Below, in pieces: positions 12,736 through 24,854 of a stretch of DNA of 64,000 nt. The DNA is from Peribolospora baueri (taxonomy: Eukaryota), in the NCBI GenBank assembly GCA_029717555.1, contig JAMDHS010000042.1:1-64000 (forward strand), given 5' to 3'. Made by a program: the position numbers and the translations under genes. Under the pieces are notes generated by a model. The model was not told the DNA's origin, made no database searches, and saw only the letters and a list, made by a program, of their open reading frames with translations. The stretch's first letter is position 1. Each line of letters opens with the position of its first letter.

Positions 12736-15700
12736 ATGGCCCCCGTTCGCATCCACTCGCCCTCGCCTACGCCCTCGCCCGTGGCCATCTTCGACACCCG
12801 CGTCATCGACCTCCCCGTCGACCACCGCCCCGCTCAGCGCTCCCTGCGCTCCCAGATCATCGACGGCCTCCGTGGTCTCTTTCCCCCCGAAGCGCTCCCC
12901 GACGCGAATGTCACCACCTCCTCCGTCGAGTCCAAGTGGAGGTGCGCCCGTAGCCTGCCGACGCTGCTTCTCTACGACAATAAGGGACTCCAGATCTACG
13001 ATCGCATTCTCTCCGATCCCATCTCAAGGGCCGACTACTATCTCTTCGACGCCGAGCTCGGCATCCTCAAGGCCCACGGAGCCGACATCATCCAGCGCAT
13101 CTCCCCCCCCACCTGGGACCAGCTCTCCTTTGCAGACGGGCAACGTCAAGGCGGCGGCGGCGGCGGTGGCGGCGGCGGTGGCGGCGGCGTGCCCTTCGTG
13201 AACCAGCTACCCCAGGGACATACCAAGCCGGCGGAGAAGGACCGGTGGGGCAACTTTAGCGGCGGCGTCAATAATGACGGCGTCAATGGCGAACACCGCC
13301 TCGGTCTGTCCGTTTCCCATCTCACCGCCTGCAACGGGCCCGGTAGCAAGGTGCACGCCGGCTGTGAGGAAGGGGCGGAGGGGCAGGGAACGAGTGCCGC
13401 CGGTGGGGAGAGGCGGGGAGAAGGACAGAAAGCAGGCAATGAAACCGATGATCAATTCGCGAGCGCCCACCATGACACCGCTAAGAAAGGCTATCTCGTC
13501 GAGCTCGGCGCCGGAAGCCTGAGAAAGACGAGCCATCTCCTCAAGGCTCTCGCCGATCACGCCGTCCACGCCGCTGCCACCGTCGACGACGACGTGGCTC
13601 CCTACACCTACTACGCCCTCGACCTCGACAAGGGAGAGCTTGAGCGCACGCTCTTCGACTTGTCTGCCGGTGCGATCAACAACAGCCAGAGCGCCGGCGC
13701 CGGCGCCGCTGATGGTCGCGAGAACGCGGCGTCCGACCAGGGCTTCGAGGAAGATGGAGTGGTGAACCTCGAGTTGGGAGGAAGGGTCGAGCTCCTGGGC
13801 CTCTGTGGCACCTACGAGCAGGGCATCCAATTCATCCGTCGCGGCGGACTCGATGCCGCCGGCGGCGGCGGTGTCCAAAACCAAGGCCCTCCCAGATGTC
13901 TTATCTGGCTTGGCTCGTCCGTCGGCAACTTCCCCCGTCCGGCCGCCTCCGCCTTCCTGCAGCGTCTCGCCATCGCCTGTCTCCGCCCACCCCGCCCGGC
14001 CGCACCTCACTACCGTCACGAAGCTGCCCAGCAGGGCTCGGCCGTCGTCGTCGATCGCCAAATCGTGGGCGATACGTTGCTCATCGGCATCGACCGTCGC
14101 AACGACCCGGACGTCGTAGAGAGGGCCTACGACGACCGCGCGGGCTGGACGAGAGAATTTGAGATGAACGGCCTCGACGTCGCCGATAGGGTCTTGAAGG
14201 GACTCGGCGTGGAGGAGACGAACGCGAACGTGGAGGAAGAAGAGGGCGACCATAAGGTGCTCGATAGGGCCAAGTGGGAGTATGCCCACAGATACAACGT
14301 CGAGGAAGGTTAGATCGCGCTAACCCATCCGCATCTCCCCCCGCATTCGGCTGCTGACTAAGTCATTCCCCTCTCTTTCATGCACGCCAACTATCATGGG
14401 CAACCCTTCCTATCTGGCGTCCGCATCCCACTCTCGATAGGCCGTCACGAGGCGTACTACCGATCTCTTGAGGACCAGGTGATCGTCGTCCCACCCCTGG
14501 ACGGCGAAGAAGGGGTCAAGATCCCCATCAAGATGGGCGAATTGGTGAGTCCCTCTTGACCGTTCCTCTCCTGTTCGCGGTCGGTCAACTCGCCGTCTGA
14601 GACCGACTCCTAACTAATCATGATCGACGTGACCACCCCCACTTTTCTCCGTCAGGTGTCGATCGAATGCTCGTACAAGTACTCCGACACCGAGGTGGCC
14701 ACCCTCTTCGCCTCTGCCGGACTGCGCGTCATCCAGAACTGGATCGACGATAGCGGCAGGTACGGTCTGTGGCTCGTCGAGCGACCCGCGTTCTCCTTCT
14801 CCGCTGGCGAGGTCAACCGCGCCGTCCAAGAGGAGGTGGAGGAGGCCAAAGGGCAGGGCGAGACGCTGCAAAGGAAGGAGAAGGGCGACCGGACGCTTGG
14901 AGAGCTCCGTCGCGATGCGGCTGCCTCCTCCTCTCCGGACAGAGGCGAACACGAGCACGAGCACGGCGGCGGCTCTCCGGCAGGCTCTCCGGCGGCCGAG
15001 GGCAGGCCGTTTGGCGTGCCGAGCCTGTCGGAGTGGCGCGAGCTGTGGAAGTGCTGGGACACCATCACCCTCGGCATGATCCCTCCGTCCATGCTCATGG
15101 ACAAGCCCATCGACCTGCGCCACAACTGCCTCTTCTACACCGGCCACATCCCCGTCTTCCAGTCCATCCACCTTCGTCGCGCCCTCGATCTCGCACCCGT
15201 CGAGCCAGCGTGGTTCGAACAAGTGTTCGAGAGGGGCATCGATCCGAACATGGAGGACCCGAGCAAGTGCCACGACCACTCGGAGGTGCCGGAGAAGGAC
15301 GATGACTGGCCGAGCTTGGACGAGGTGCTCAAGTACAGGGACGAGGTGAGGCAGAGAGTGACCAAGGTGTACGAGGAGGTAAGGAACGGGGAGAGGAAAT
15401 GGACGAGGCGGCTCGGTAGGGTCATGTTTATGGTGAGCGGCTCTTTCTCTCGCGTGCTGCTGCTGCTACTACCGTATTCCGCATTCGCTCATCTTCCCCG
15501 TTTCTCCCTGAAAAGACCTTCGAGCACGAAATCATGCACGCAGAGACGCTTCTTTACATGCTCGTTCAGCGCGCCGACGTCGCGCTTCCGTTCTGGGACG
15601 GCAAGCACACTCTCCCTCCCCCAGGCTTCGCCGTACCCGACTTTGCCACTCTCGCCTCGCACTGGGACGCCGAGGTGGCTCGTATGGGCGGTGAGGCTGC

Positions 15701-16842
15701 GCTCCATGATCGGACGGTCACCTTTGAGGGCGAGACGACGTTCAACGTCGGCCACGACGACTTCGAGGCGGAGGACTGGGACAATGACGGCGACGAGAGG
15801 ATCATGACCGGCGGTGAGGAATTCGGGTGGGACAATGAGTCGCCTAAGAGGACTGTCACCGTCGGACCGTTCAAGATCGCCGAGGCGCCCGTCACGAATG
15901 GACAATGTGAGCGAACGGCTGTCGTATCGGGAGTCGCGAGCGAGGAGCGCAGGGGTTCAAGCCTTTTTCCGGTTTTCCTTTTTCCTTTTTCCTTTCTCTC
16001 CTCGTGCAGATTACGATTTCCTCAAGTCCACCTCTGCCCTCTCCGACGATTCCCTCTTCCCGGCCTCCTGGGTGCGATCTTCGAACGCCGGCACGGGCAC
16101 GGGCGAGGAGGTGGCTCTGGTGCGCACGCTGTACGGGCCCATCCCGCTGTCTCAAGCCCATCACTGGCCTCTGCAAGCGTCGGCGAAGCTGCTCGAGGCA
16201 TACGCGGCTTCGCGCGGTGGTAGGTTGCCGACGGAGGACGAGCTGAGGCTGTTCATGGACCGTCAGGAGGAGCAAGGCGGGAGCGTCAAGGTGACGGGCA
16301 GGAACGTTGGCTTCGAGAGGTGGCATCCCGTTCCGTGAGTGTACTTGACGCTCCTTCCCTTGTCGCGCCCCAAGTCGAAGAAGATCGACTGACGGTCCCC
16401 GAGCGTCTCTATATCCTATGACACCCGCCGCCTTCTCACGGCCACGACAGTCCCCGTCTGCCGTCGAGAGACGCCAACACTGGGATCGCCACTCCAGGCC
16501 ACAACGGCGGTGTGTGGGAGTGGACTTCGACGGCGTTCGTAGCTCACGACGGCTTTATCCCGTCCAAGCTATACCCGGGCTACAGGTGAGTTGTCGTCAC
16601 TCAGCTACTCTGGCCGCGGGGCCCATCCGCCTCTCACGCCTGACCTTTTTATTTTTTTGTCGTCCTCCTTTCTTGTCCTCTGACCGACCAGCGCCGACTT
16701 CCACGACGGATCGCACCTCGTCGTCCTCGGCGGATCCTATGTCACCCACTCGCGCGTGGCAGGCAGACGCACGTTCCGAAACTGGTACCAGGCCGGCTAC
16801 CCCTATGTCTTTGCCGGAGGTAGAGTCGCTTGGGACGTGTGA
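12736..16842 (+). CDS. EGT1: Ergothioneine biosynthesis protein 1 (histidine trimethyltransferase fused to sulfoxide synthase), 7 exons, ~1151 aa
   Basis: EgtD-like domain: RSLPTLLLYDNKGLQIY, VELGAGSLRKT, YYALDL, LGSSVGNF, AYDDRAGWT, IECSYKY. DinB-like domain: PIDLRHNCLFYTGHIP, FERGIDP, CHDHSEVP, metal-binding EHEIMHAETLLYM. FGE-type C-terminus: FGWDNESP, GGVWEWT, FRNWYQ. Exons 12736-14308, 14441-14544, 14656-15432, 15516-15906, 16010-16334, 16451-16585, 16692-16842 sum to an open frame. Confidence 0.95.
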
Positions 16843-16955
16843 TCGGTTTTTTCGAGGCGGTGGCGGCTCAGAAAAGTCAGAAGTAGGGCCTCTGGGCGGA
16901 CCATTGGAACCTTAGGTTCTCTGCCTCTGTCTGTGTCTCTGTCTTTATCTATTTC

Positions 16956-16977
16956 TGTGTGTGTGTGTGTGTGTGTG
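16956..16977. repeat. (TG)11 microsatellite downstream of EGT1
   Basis: Directly visible. Confidence 0.9.
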
Positions 16978-18640
16978 CGTCGCCTATTTTGGTAATCTCT
17001 CCAGTCCTGTCAAGACGCCGTCCGAATTGGGTGATCCCCGCAGCAGCGTCCTGTTCTCGCTCGCTTTGCCCCCTTGTCCCTTACGCTTCGCTTCGGATGG
17101 GGGGACGGACGATCCGATCCGGAAAAAGATTTCTTCACGACGCCTTGGGGTTGCCTCCACATTCTCCCGGGGACGCCCGCGAAAGGGGGAGAGAAGAGAG
17201 AGAGAAGAGAGCATGGCAAGGAGTCTTTCTTTCTTTGTGACAGACAGACAGACAGACGGACAGACGGGGCTGGGCTTAAGGGAGCACGGGCGGGGCTATC
17301 CGACCAAGGGGGGGAACAGGTACAGGGGTTGCGGGGACAAGAGTTCGCGCGTTCGTTGGTTGGTGATCGGGATCCCGTTTCGTTTCGTTCGTTGAGGGGA
17401 AAGCCGCGGGCGGGTAGGCAAGTGGGAACGGGGCAGCTGGATGAGAACGGACAGACGGAGGGTGAGTGACCACGCGATCACGATCCGAATCGGCTCGGCT
17501 GTGGCTCGGCTGTGGCTCGGCTGGATTCGTCTTGGCGGGGAAGTCGTGGAGGGCGGAGAAGGAAGGCAAGACGATGGGGAAAGAGTCGAGTTGGGTGGAT
17601 TGTACATCCTACTGCTGCTTGTTCAGCTCCTCCTCGTCGTACGCGAAGCGGCCGGCGACCCCAAGTTGGGGGAGCGTAGTCGTGCGACCACGACCACGAC
17701 CACGTCTGTCTGTCTCCCTCCTCGCTTCGATGGACTCGATCGCCCTGCAGCGGCGAGAGTGGCGTGGCCAGCGACGGGCGACGGGCGACGGGCGTTGTTA
17801 CGTGCTTGCCGGACATACATACACCTACATTCTACATCTGCATGTGGTGGGTGCTGCATGCGCACGCAAGTTATTGCGAGGAGCGGACAAGCGCCCATGT
17901 GCTTGGCTGCGGCAAGCCACGCGGGCAACGGCGAGCGAAATCGATGAGGGGCAAAGTAGGGTTAGCGGAGCGAAGCCAGTCGAGGACGGCCGGGCGGGCA
18001 GAAGCGATAGGCTGACGTCGTAGGTGAGCAAGAAAAAGGAAGAAAAAGGCGCCGCCTTGGCCGACGACTTGGCGTTCGCTCACAGTGCAGGGCTCGACGG
18101 GGCTAACAGGAACGGCCGGCTGCCGGCGAAGTGGCGGGGCGCTCGCGTGCATCTGGAGTAGGGGTGGAGCGGTGGAGGGGGGCGTTCGAGTTCCCCCTCC
18201 GCGGACGCCACATGGAGGCAGGCCGGCGTCGAGGTCGCCTCTAGATGGCTACGGACCTCGCTTAATGTACGTACGCACTTGGATGCTCAACTCACACGCT
18301 CGCTCGCCCTAGTCTTTGCTCCGGGCCCGTTCCGAGCGGCCAGGTAGGTAAACAAGGCGAGTGCGTAAGAAGGCCTCGGGGTCAACGCCATGTGGACTTG
18401 CACTAGGACGCGGTCGTCCACAGCGAAGACACCGCTCCCCCGGGCTCCCCTCCTGGATGGATGAAATCCAGCCTGGCTGGCGCGGCGTTTGCTCGAAAAA
18501 AAAAAACGAGGCCGACGACCGTCCGTCCGTCGTTGGCGGTCAAGGCGAGGGCGGCATGTGGCGCACTCGGGGAATGCACAGCCAGACGGGGTGGGGTGGG
18601 GCGAGCGAACGAGGGACACGTCGTTACGCGGAACGATGTA

Positions 18641-19715
18641 CTTATCTCGCTCTCTCATCTCCACCCCCTCCCCTCATCCTGCGCGGGAAGAACGGTGGGC
18701 GGCACCAGACGCCCACGGGTTCAGTGAGACTCCTCATGCCGCGGAGTAGAAAGAGCTGGGGGATAAGCCGGCCAAGCCAGCTGGCCGCTCGTCCCGCCGC
18801 CTTGTCCGTCCGTCCGTCGTCTTGTCGTCTTGTCATATCATCATCTCGTCGCCTGCTCTTTGAGTTGAGCGGACGGGGTGGGAGCCGGAGAGTTGCGAGG
18901 CGAGGCAAGACACACGACCGACCGACCGCCTTGGCGACCATCCATGGCCGAGGCCCCGGGCGAGTCGAGACGAGTCGAGAAGGAAACAAGTGAGACATAT
19001 TGTGGAACGGTGCGGTGCGCCCAGGTCCACCGCGCTCTCCAAGCTTGCTTGCGCTTGGACTGACCTGACCGACTGCTGGGCCGGTTCGGTTCGGTTCGGT
19101 TCGACTGGAAATTCTTTTTTTATGCCGGGACAAGCCCATGCGATCTTGCATCCGCTCCCGCCGTATGGACCGGGCTGGACAGGATAGGACAAGGACGGGG
19201 CAGGTCAGGTCAGGCCAGGACAGGACAGGACAGGACAGGAACCAAAGACGAACGCCGACGCGGCAGTCCGTCCGTCCGTCTGTCGTCCCCTACCATCGCT
19301 GTCACAAAGTCCCCCTGGTCCTCGTCCTCGTCCTTCGTGCTCGAAAGCGCTCTACGTAGGACGACGATGCTGCAAGGATGTTCCTTCATGCTCCTTATCG
19401 TGCCGCCAGTCTCTTCCTCGCCCCCATTGGCCGAGGATCGAAAGTATCTTGTGCGCGGTTCGCTACGCCGTGGAGGAGGGGAGTATGTTCTTTCCCACCG
19501 CGGCTCCAATCGCACGCCCACGGCTCCACTTTGCGATCCCCGCCCGCCCGCTCACAGCCGCCGGCCGTCCTCCGCCGCATAAGGCAAGGCAAGGCAAGGT
19601 CTGCTCGCGCGACGTCGTCGCCCAGAGATAAGCCCAGGCGCAGCGCAGGCGGAGGCGGACAATCAATCAGTCGGGCGACAGACAGACAGACACCGCCAGT
19701 CCCCGCCTTATATAA
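18641..19715 (+). promoter_or_regulatory. Putative promoter of the amino acid permease: four GATAAG sites and a TATA box
   Basis: CTTATC 18641-18646, GATAAG 18762-18767, CTTATC 19394-19399, GATAAG 19627-19632, TATATAA 19709-19715 followed by a pyrimidine-rich leader. Confidence 0.5.
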
Positions 19716-19906
19716 CCCCAATCCCCCTCCACTCGATCCCGTCCCCCTCCTCCTCACCATCCCTCCCCTTTCCCCTCCTCCTCCGTCGCACTCGCCACCG
19801 TCCTTACCCCTCCCTCTCCTTCTCCTCCCTTACCCCCCCGCTTCCCATCCAGGGCCTTCCCACAGCCCTCCCTCGCCCGCTCCCTCCCCTCCCCTTCTTC
19901 ACCGCC

Positions 19907-21725
19907 ATGTCGGACTACGACAAGGAAAAGCTAGAGTCAGGCGACGTCATTGGGGCCACTGTCCCCGTCGGCGACCTCGAGTCGAACAGCTACAATGACC
20001 CCAACGCCGTCCACGTCGGCGGTCTCGACCCCAACTCGCCCGATGGCACCGTCAAAAGGAACCTCAAGCAGCGACAGTGAGTATCTTCGTTCCCTCGCTG
20101 TTCCTCGCGTTGCATTTTCCCTCTGCTCTTTCCATTCATCACCATCGCCTTTGCTTCCCGTTTTCCCCAGTTTGTCCATGATTGCCCTCGGTGGTACGAT
20201 CGGTACGGGTCTCTTCGTCGGTTCCGGCGCCGCCCTCGCCAGCGCCGGCCCCCTCAGCACTCTGCTCGGATACTCCATCATGGGCATCATCGTCTGGTCG
20301 ATGATGATCGCCCTCGGCGAGATGGCGACGCTCTTCCCCGTCTCCGGTGGTTTCACTCATTATGCCACCCGCTTCCTCGACCCTTCTATCGGTTTCGCCC
20401 TCGGCTGGAACTACTGGTACTCGTACGCCATCACCCTGCCCACCGAAATCACCGCCGCCGCCCTCGTCATCCAGTACTGGGACTCCCAAGTCAAGATCAA
20501 CCCGGCCGTCTGGATCACGGTCATGCTTGCCCTCGTCTACCTCATCAACTTCTTCGGCGTCCGCTGGTACGGTGAGGCCGAGTTCTGGTTCTCCAGCATC
20601 AAGATCATCACCATCATCGGCCTGATCCTCCTCGGTCTCATCATCGACCTCGGCGGAGGACCGACCCACGACCGTATCGGCTTCCGTTACTGGAAACACC
20701 CGGGCGCCATGGCTCAGCTCTTCCACCAGGTCGACGGCGCGGGCAACATCATCGACGAGGGCATTCCCGGCTCCAAGGGTCGCTTCCTCGCCTTCTGGAA
20801 CGTCTTCGTCCAGGCCGCCTTCTCCTTCCTCGGTACCGAGATCGTCGCCGTGACCGTGGCCGAAGCCGAGAACCCGCGCAAGACGGTGCCCAAGGCGATC
20901 AAGCGCGTCTTCTGGCGTATCCTCCTCTTCTACGTCCTTGGCATCTTCATCATCGGCATCTGCGTCCCCTACACCGACCCACACTTGCTCTCCCCCGTCC
21001 ACAACGCTTCCGCCTCGCCCTTCGTCATCGCCATCCAGAACGCGGGCATCAAGGTGCTCCCCCACATCGTCAACGCCGTCCTCCTCATTTCCGCCTGGTC
21101 CGCCGGCAACTCGGACATGTACGCCTCTAGCAGGACGCTCTACGCCCTCGCCCTCGACGGCAAGGCTCCCCGCTTCATTCGCCGCTGCACCAAGGCCGGT
21201 CTTCCTGTCTTTGCACTCATCTGCACCGGCGCCGTCGGCGTACTCAGCTACATGCAGTGCGGCTCCACCGGCGCCGCCACGGCATTCGGCTACCTGAGCT
21301 CCATCTCCTCCATCACCGGCATCATCACCTGGGCTTGCATCCTCGGCTCGTACATTCGTTTCTACCACGGTCTCAAGCGCCACGGCATCGACCGCGACAC
21401 GCTTCCGTACAAGGCCCCCTTCCAGCCGTACATGTCCTACTTTGGCTTCTTCTTCCTCATCTTGGTCCTTATCTTCTGCGGCTTCACCGTCTTCCTCAAG
21501 GGCCAATGGGACACGCCGACGTTTGTCACCACCTACTTCACCATACCCCTCTTTGTCGTCATGTGGATCGGCTGGAAGTTGGTCAAGAGGACAAGATGGG
21601 TGTCCTATGAGGACATGGACTTTGTCACTGGCCGGCGCGAGCTGGACGAGATGGATGAGGACGCGGCCGCGAACGAAAAGGTGCCCACCACGGCGGTCGG
21701 CAAGTTCTTCGACTGGCTCCTCTGA
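19907..21725 (+). CDS. Amino acid permease (APC superfamily, yeast amino acid transporter family), 2 exons (intron 20077-20170)
   Basis: [87 protein letters not shown]; about 12 hydrophobic segments. Confidence 0.95.
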
Positions 21726-22701
21726 GCCCGCCATTGTCTTTCCTCCTTCCTCTCCTTCCCCTCTCTCTCTGTCTTTCCTTCGTCTTCATCTCTCCTCTCC
21801 GTCCCGTCGCCATCTCTTGGCTCCGCCCCCCCTCCTCTTCCTCATACTGTCTTGTCTGTAGTCATCTTGGAAGATTTCCGCTTTGCTTCGCTCGCCCTCC
21901 GCGTTCTCCTACTACATTCGGTGGTGCTCGCAATTCGAAATCCTCTTTCGCATACCCAACAAAACACGCCCGTCTGTGTTTGCTTGCAAAAGGTTTCTGC
22001 TTTTGGTCCCTGGAGGTGGTGGGGGTGGGGGTGTTTTGTGATGATTCCAAGGGCGAGAGGGCGGGGGGGCGCCGCCCTCTGAACACGCGCTTGTGGGCTT
22101 TACCTTGGCATTCTCATCTTCCGGTGAGGGATCGATCGAATTGGAAGTTCAAGTTTGTGAGTAGGGTGGTGTCGTCCGTTCCGTTTCTTTTATTTATGCC
22201 TCGTGCAGCAAGCAAGCAAGAAAGAAGCAGATATACCACGCCGGGATTTCTCTCCCTCTTTCCCTCCCACTCACTCACCGCATGCCCGGCGCCGCATGAT
22301 CGAACGGTCGGGATCGGGATCGAGGGAGGCTGCGTGGGACGGACGGACGGACGGCATGAGCGGCTTGGCTTGGTCCTCGGGCTGGCAGGCGGTCGGTCGC
22401 AGAATGGACCTGGCAGATAAAGGGCATCAATCATCATCGACGAGACGAGGATGGAAGGGTTGTCCGAAGATCGACAGACAGATAGATAGACAGACAGTAG
22501 TCAGTCCGTGCGCATGTCATGTGATTGAGAGGTGGCGGCGGGCTGCGGCATGTCCATAGGAGCCCTTATTAGCGACCATCTTCGCCTCGCCGCCAACGTC
22601 GCTCAACCCCCCACGACCGCACGCTCGACTTGAGAGAGAGAGCCCTCTCTTCCCCCCCTCCCCCCTTCTTCCCCCCTCGCCCCCCACCGGCGCAGTGACA
22701 C

Positions 22702-24432
22702 ATGTCGGCCAATTCTGACGTTGGCGCCGGTCGCTCGCGTAGGCTTTGGTCGTCCTGGTTCCGTAGCTCCGGCGCGCCTGATGATGAGCAGCTCGTGGAC
22801 GATGACGAGCTCGAAGGCACGCCCGTTTGGGTGGGTACCAACGCTCCTACTCTGCCTTCCCTCGCCTCGCCCGGCTCGAGACGGACGGAATAGGCTGACA
22901 TCTTTTGTGCCTCTTCTTGCCCAGCTCACCCTGTGGGACTTGCTTCCCCCAGGCAAACTCTCCACCGCAGGCTTCTTCTTGGGCATAGGCATCTTTCACA
23001 GTCAAGTGCGCTCCTGGTTGCCGTTTTGTTCCCGGCTCGTAACTTTATCTCGCGCGCAACACCCGCCTATTGACCTCGCGGTGGGCCATCTTTTCCTTTT
23101 CGTTTAACTGCTCCCCATCTTCGTCCTGCCCATATAATCCTCTACCAGGTTTTCCTCCCTGACCTCTCCCTCGAATACGGCTTTGGCGCACACGCATACC
23201 CCGGCGTCACCGGCGTCTTCGCGCTGCCGCGGCAACCCGGACCGGCTTCGGAGTCGCAGCCACCGCCTCTTCCGGGAGCACGATACATCGGTAGCTACTT
23301 TATCGGAGAGGCGTGGCCGGAGGGGGATCCCCGGCGCGGAAGGGTGATCAAGAAGAGAGAAAACAATAATAAGGCGACGAGGGAAGGCGGCTCTGGACCT
23401 ATGGGATGGTTCGACCAGGGGGACGGCGGGGCGTGCGGTCCGTCCTGGTGGGCCTGGGGCTCGTCCATGTCGGCCCTGTCGACGTCTCCGTCTGCGTCGC
23501 GCGCAAGTCTCGTGCCTGGAGAGGCGGACGCACCTGGGCGACGGCCGTCGGCAGACACGCTCAGGTGCCCGTCGTCGCCAGACCTCTCCGATGCGGCGCG
23601 ACCGTCCTTCACGTCGTCGTCCCCTCCCCCTGCTCGCCCGATGTCCGTTTCGTCAACGTCGGCGATCGCACACGGAGGAGAAGAACAGGACATCGTCCCA
23701 AGGAGCCCAATGGTAGGCTCCCTGGCCGGGTCAACCTATATCCGACATCCCCGTCACGGCCGCGATCGGGCACGCAGCTTGGCTTTCGCCCTTCAAGTCG
23801 TGCAAAAGGCGAGTTTGCTAGTTCACTGCTCCTTTGGCCAGATCGCGCCTCGAGACATGGCGCCTCTAGATCTCGCACGAACGGCTGATCCGAAAACATC
23901 CTCTCGTCCACTTTGCTTGCGCGGCGCAGATGAAGAAGGACGAAGCGTGGAACGGTACAAGCTACGATCTCTTAGACCGTAACTGCTCCCATTTCAGCGA
24001 GGTGCGCGTCCGCCACAACTGTTTTTCACGTCTCCGATGTCCATTTCCCATGCCCTCGCGCGAATACGAGCTGAGCGATCGTCACGGGGCGGGCGACGAC
24101 GTGGCAAATCGCGCATGTCTCCTCGTTCGCCTCCCTCCCTTCTCTACCTCGCCGTTCAGGAACTCGTCCGCAGACTCACCGGCCGCTCCATTCCATCCTT
24201 CGTCAACCGTGCCGCCTGGCTCGGCTCCAGCCTTCGGTGTATCGTTCCTTCTAGCTTGATAGGTGAGACGTCCGAAGCGGCGCCGTCTGGAGATGCTCCT
24301 CTCGGCCGCTACGCGGACGATGTGCCACCATCGGAGCGAGCTCCCCTTCAGAGACGAACCGATCGTCCGCCCCGGCCGAAGCCGTCGCCAAGGACGAGTG
24401 CCAGTCCAAGTCAGTCGCCCCTGTTGCGGTGA
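22702..24432 (+). CDS. PPPDE/DESI-family cysteine isopeptidase (deSUMOylase/deubiquitinase-like), multi-exon
   Basis: GIGIFHS (catalytic His), EYGFGAH, GVTGVF, WNGTSYDLLDRNCSHFS (catalytic Cys), IPSFVNRAAWLG. Confidence 0.85.
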
Positions 24433-24854
24433 CGGAGGCGTTCCCTTCCCGGTTCTCCTGAATACCTTTTGTTGCTCTGCTAGATTCTCTCGCTCCTCTA
24501 GAGTAGAGCAGTGTAGTGTAGAATAACTCGTGCTTGTTAGTTATGGACGAGGGTGTGCGGACGACGGGGCCAGACGGCCAGGGGACATGATCGTCTTTAC
24601 GCGCGAGTCTACGCCCGTCACCGTGTCTGTCTATGACTACTTTGGCCCGTGCGACTAGAGGCGCACTGAGCGACTGCGGAGGGATCGATCTGGTGTGGAT
24701 GGCCCGCTTGGAGCTCTGCCAACGTTGGAGGGTTCGAGCTTCCATGTTTCCGACTCACCCATTCGCCTTTGCCTTCCCCAGCTGAGAGCCGAGATAGACG
24801 TAGAGGTCGGAAGAGAAAACCGGCTCCACGTCGAACGAGCGGCATAGAATCACC

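Noticed and set aside
16900..19600. Many short ORFs between EGT1 and the permease
   Set aside because: Low-complexity intergenic DNA rich in 4-5 bp simple repeats, with no splice-consistent coding signal.
20139..21734. 531-aa minus-strand ORF overlapping the permease
   Set aside because: Antisense shadow of a strongly C/G-ending coding sequence; no recognisable motifs.
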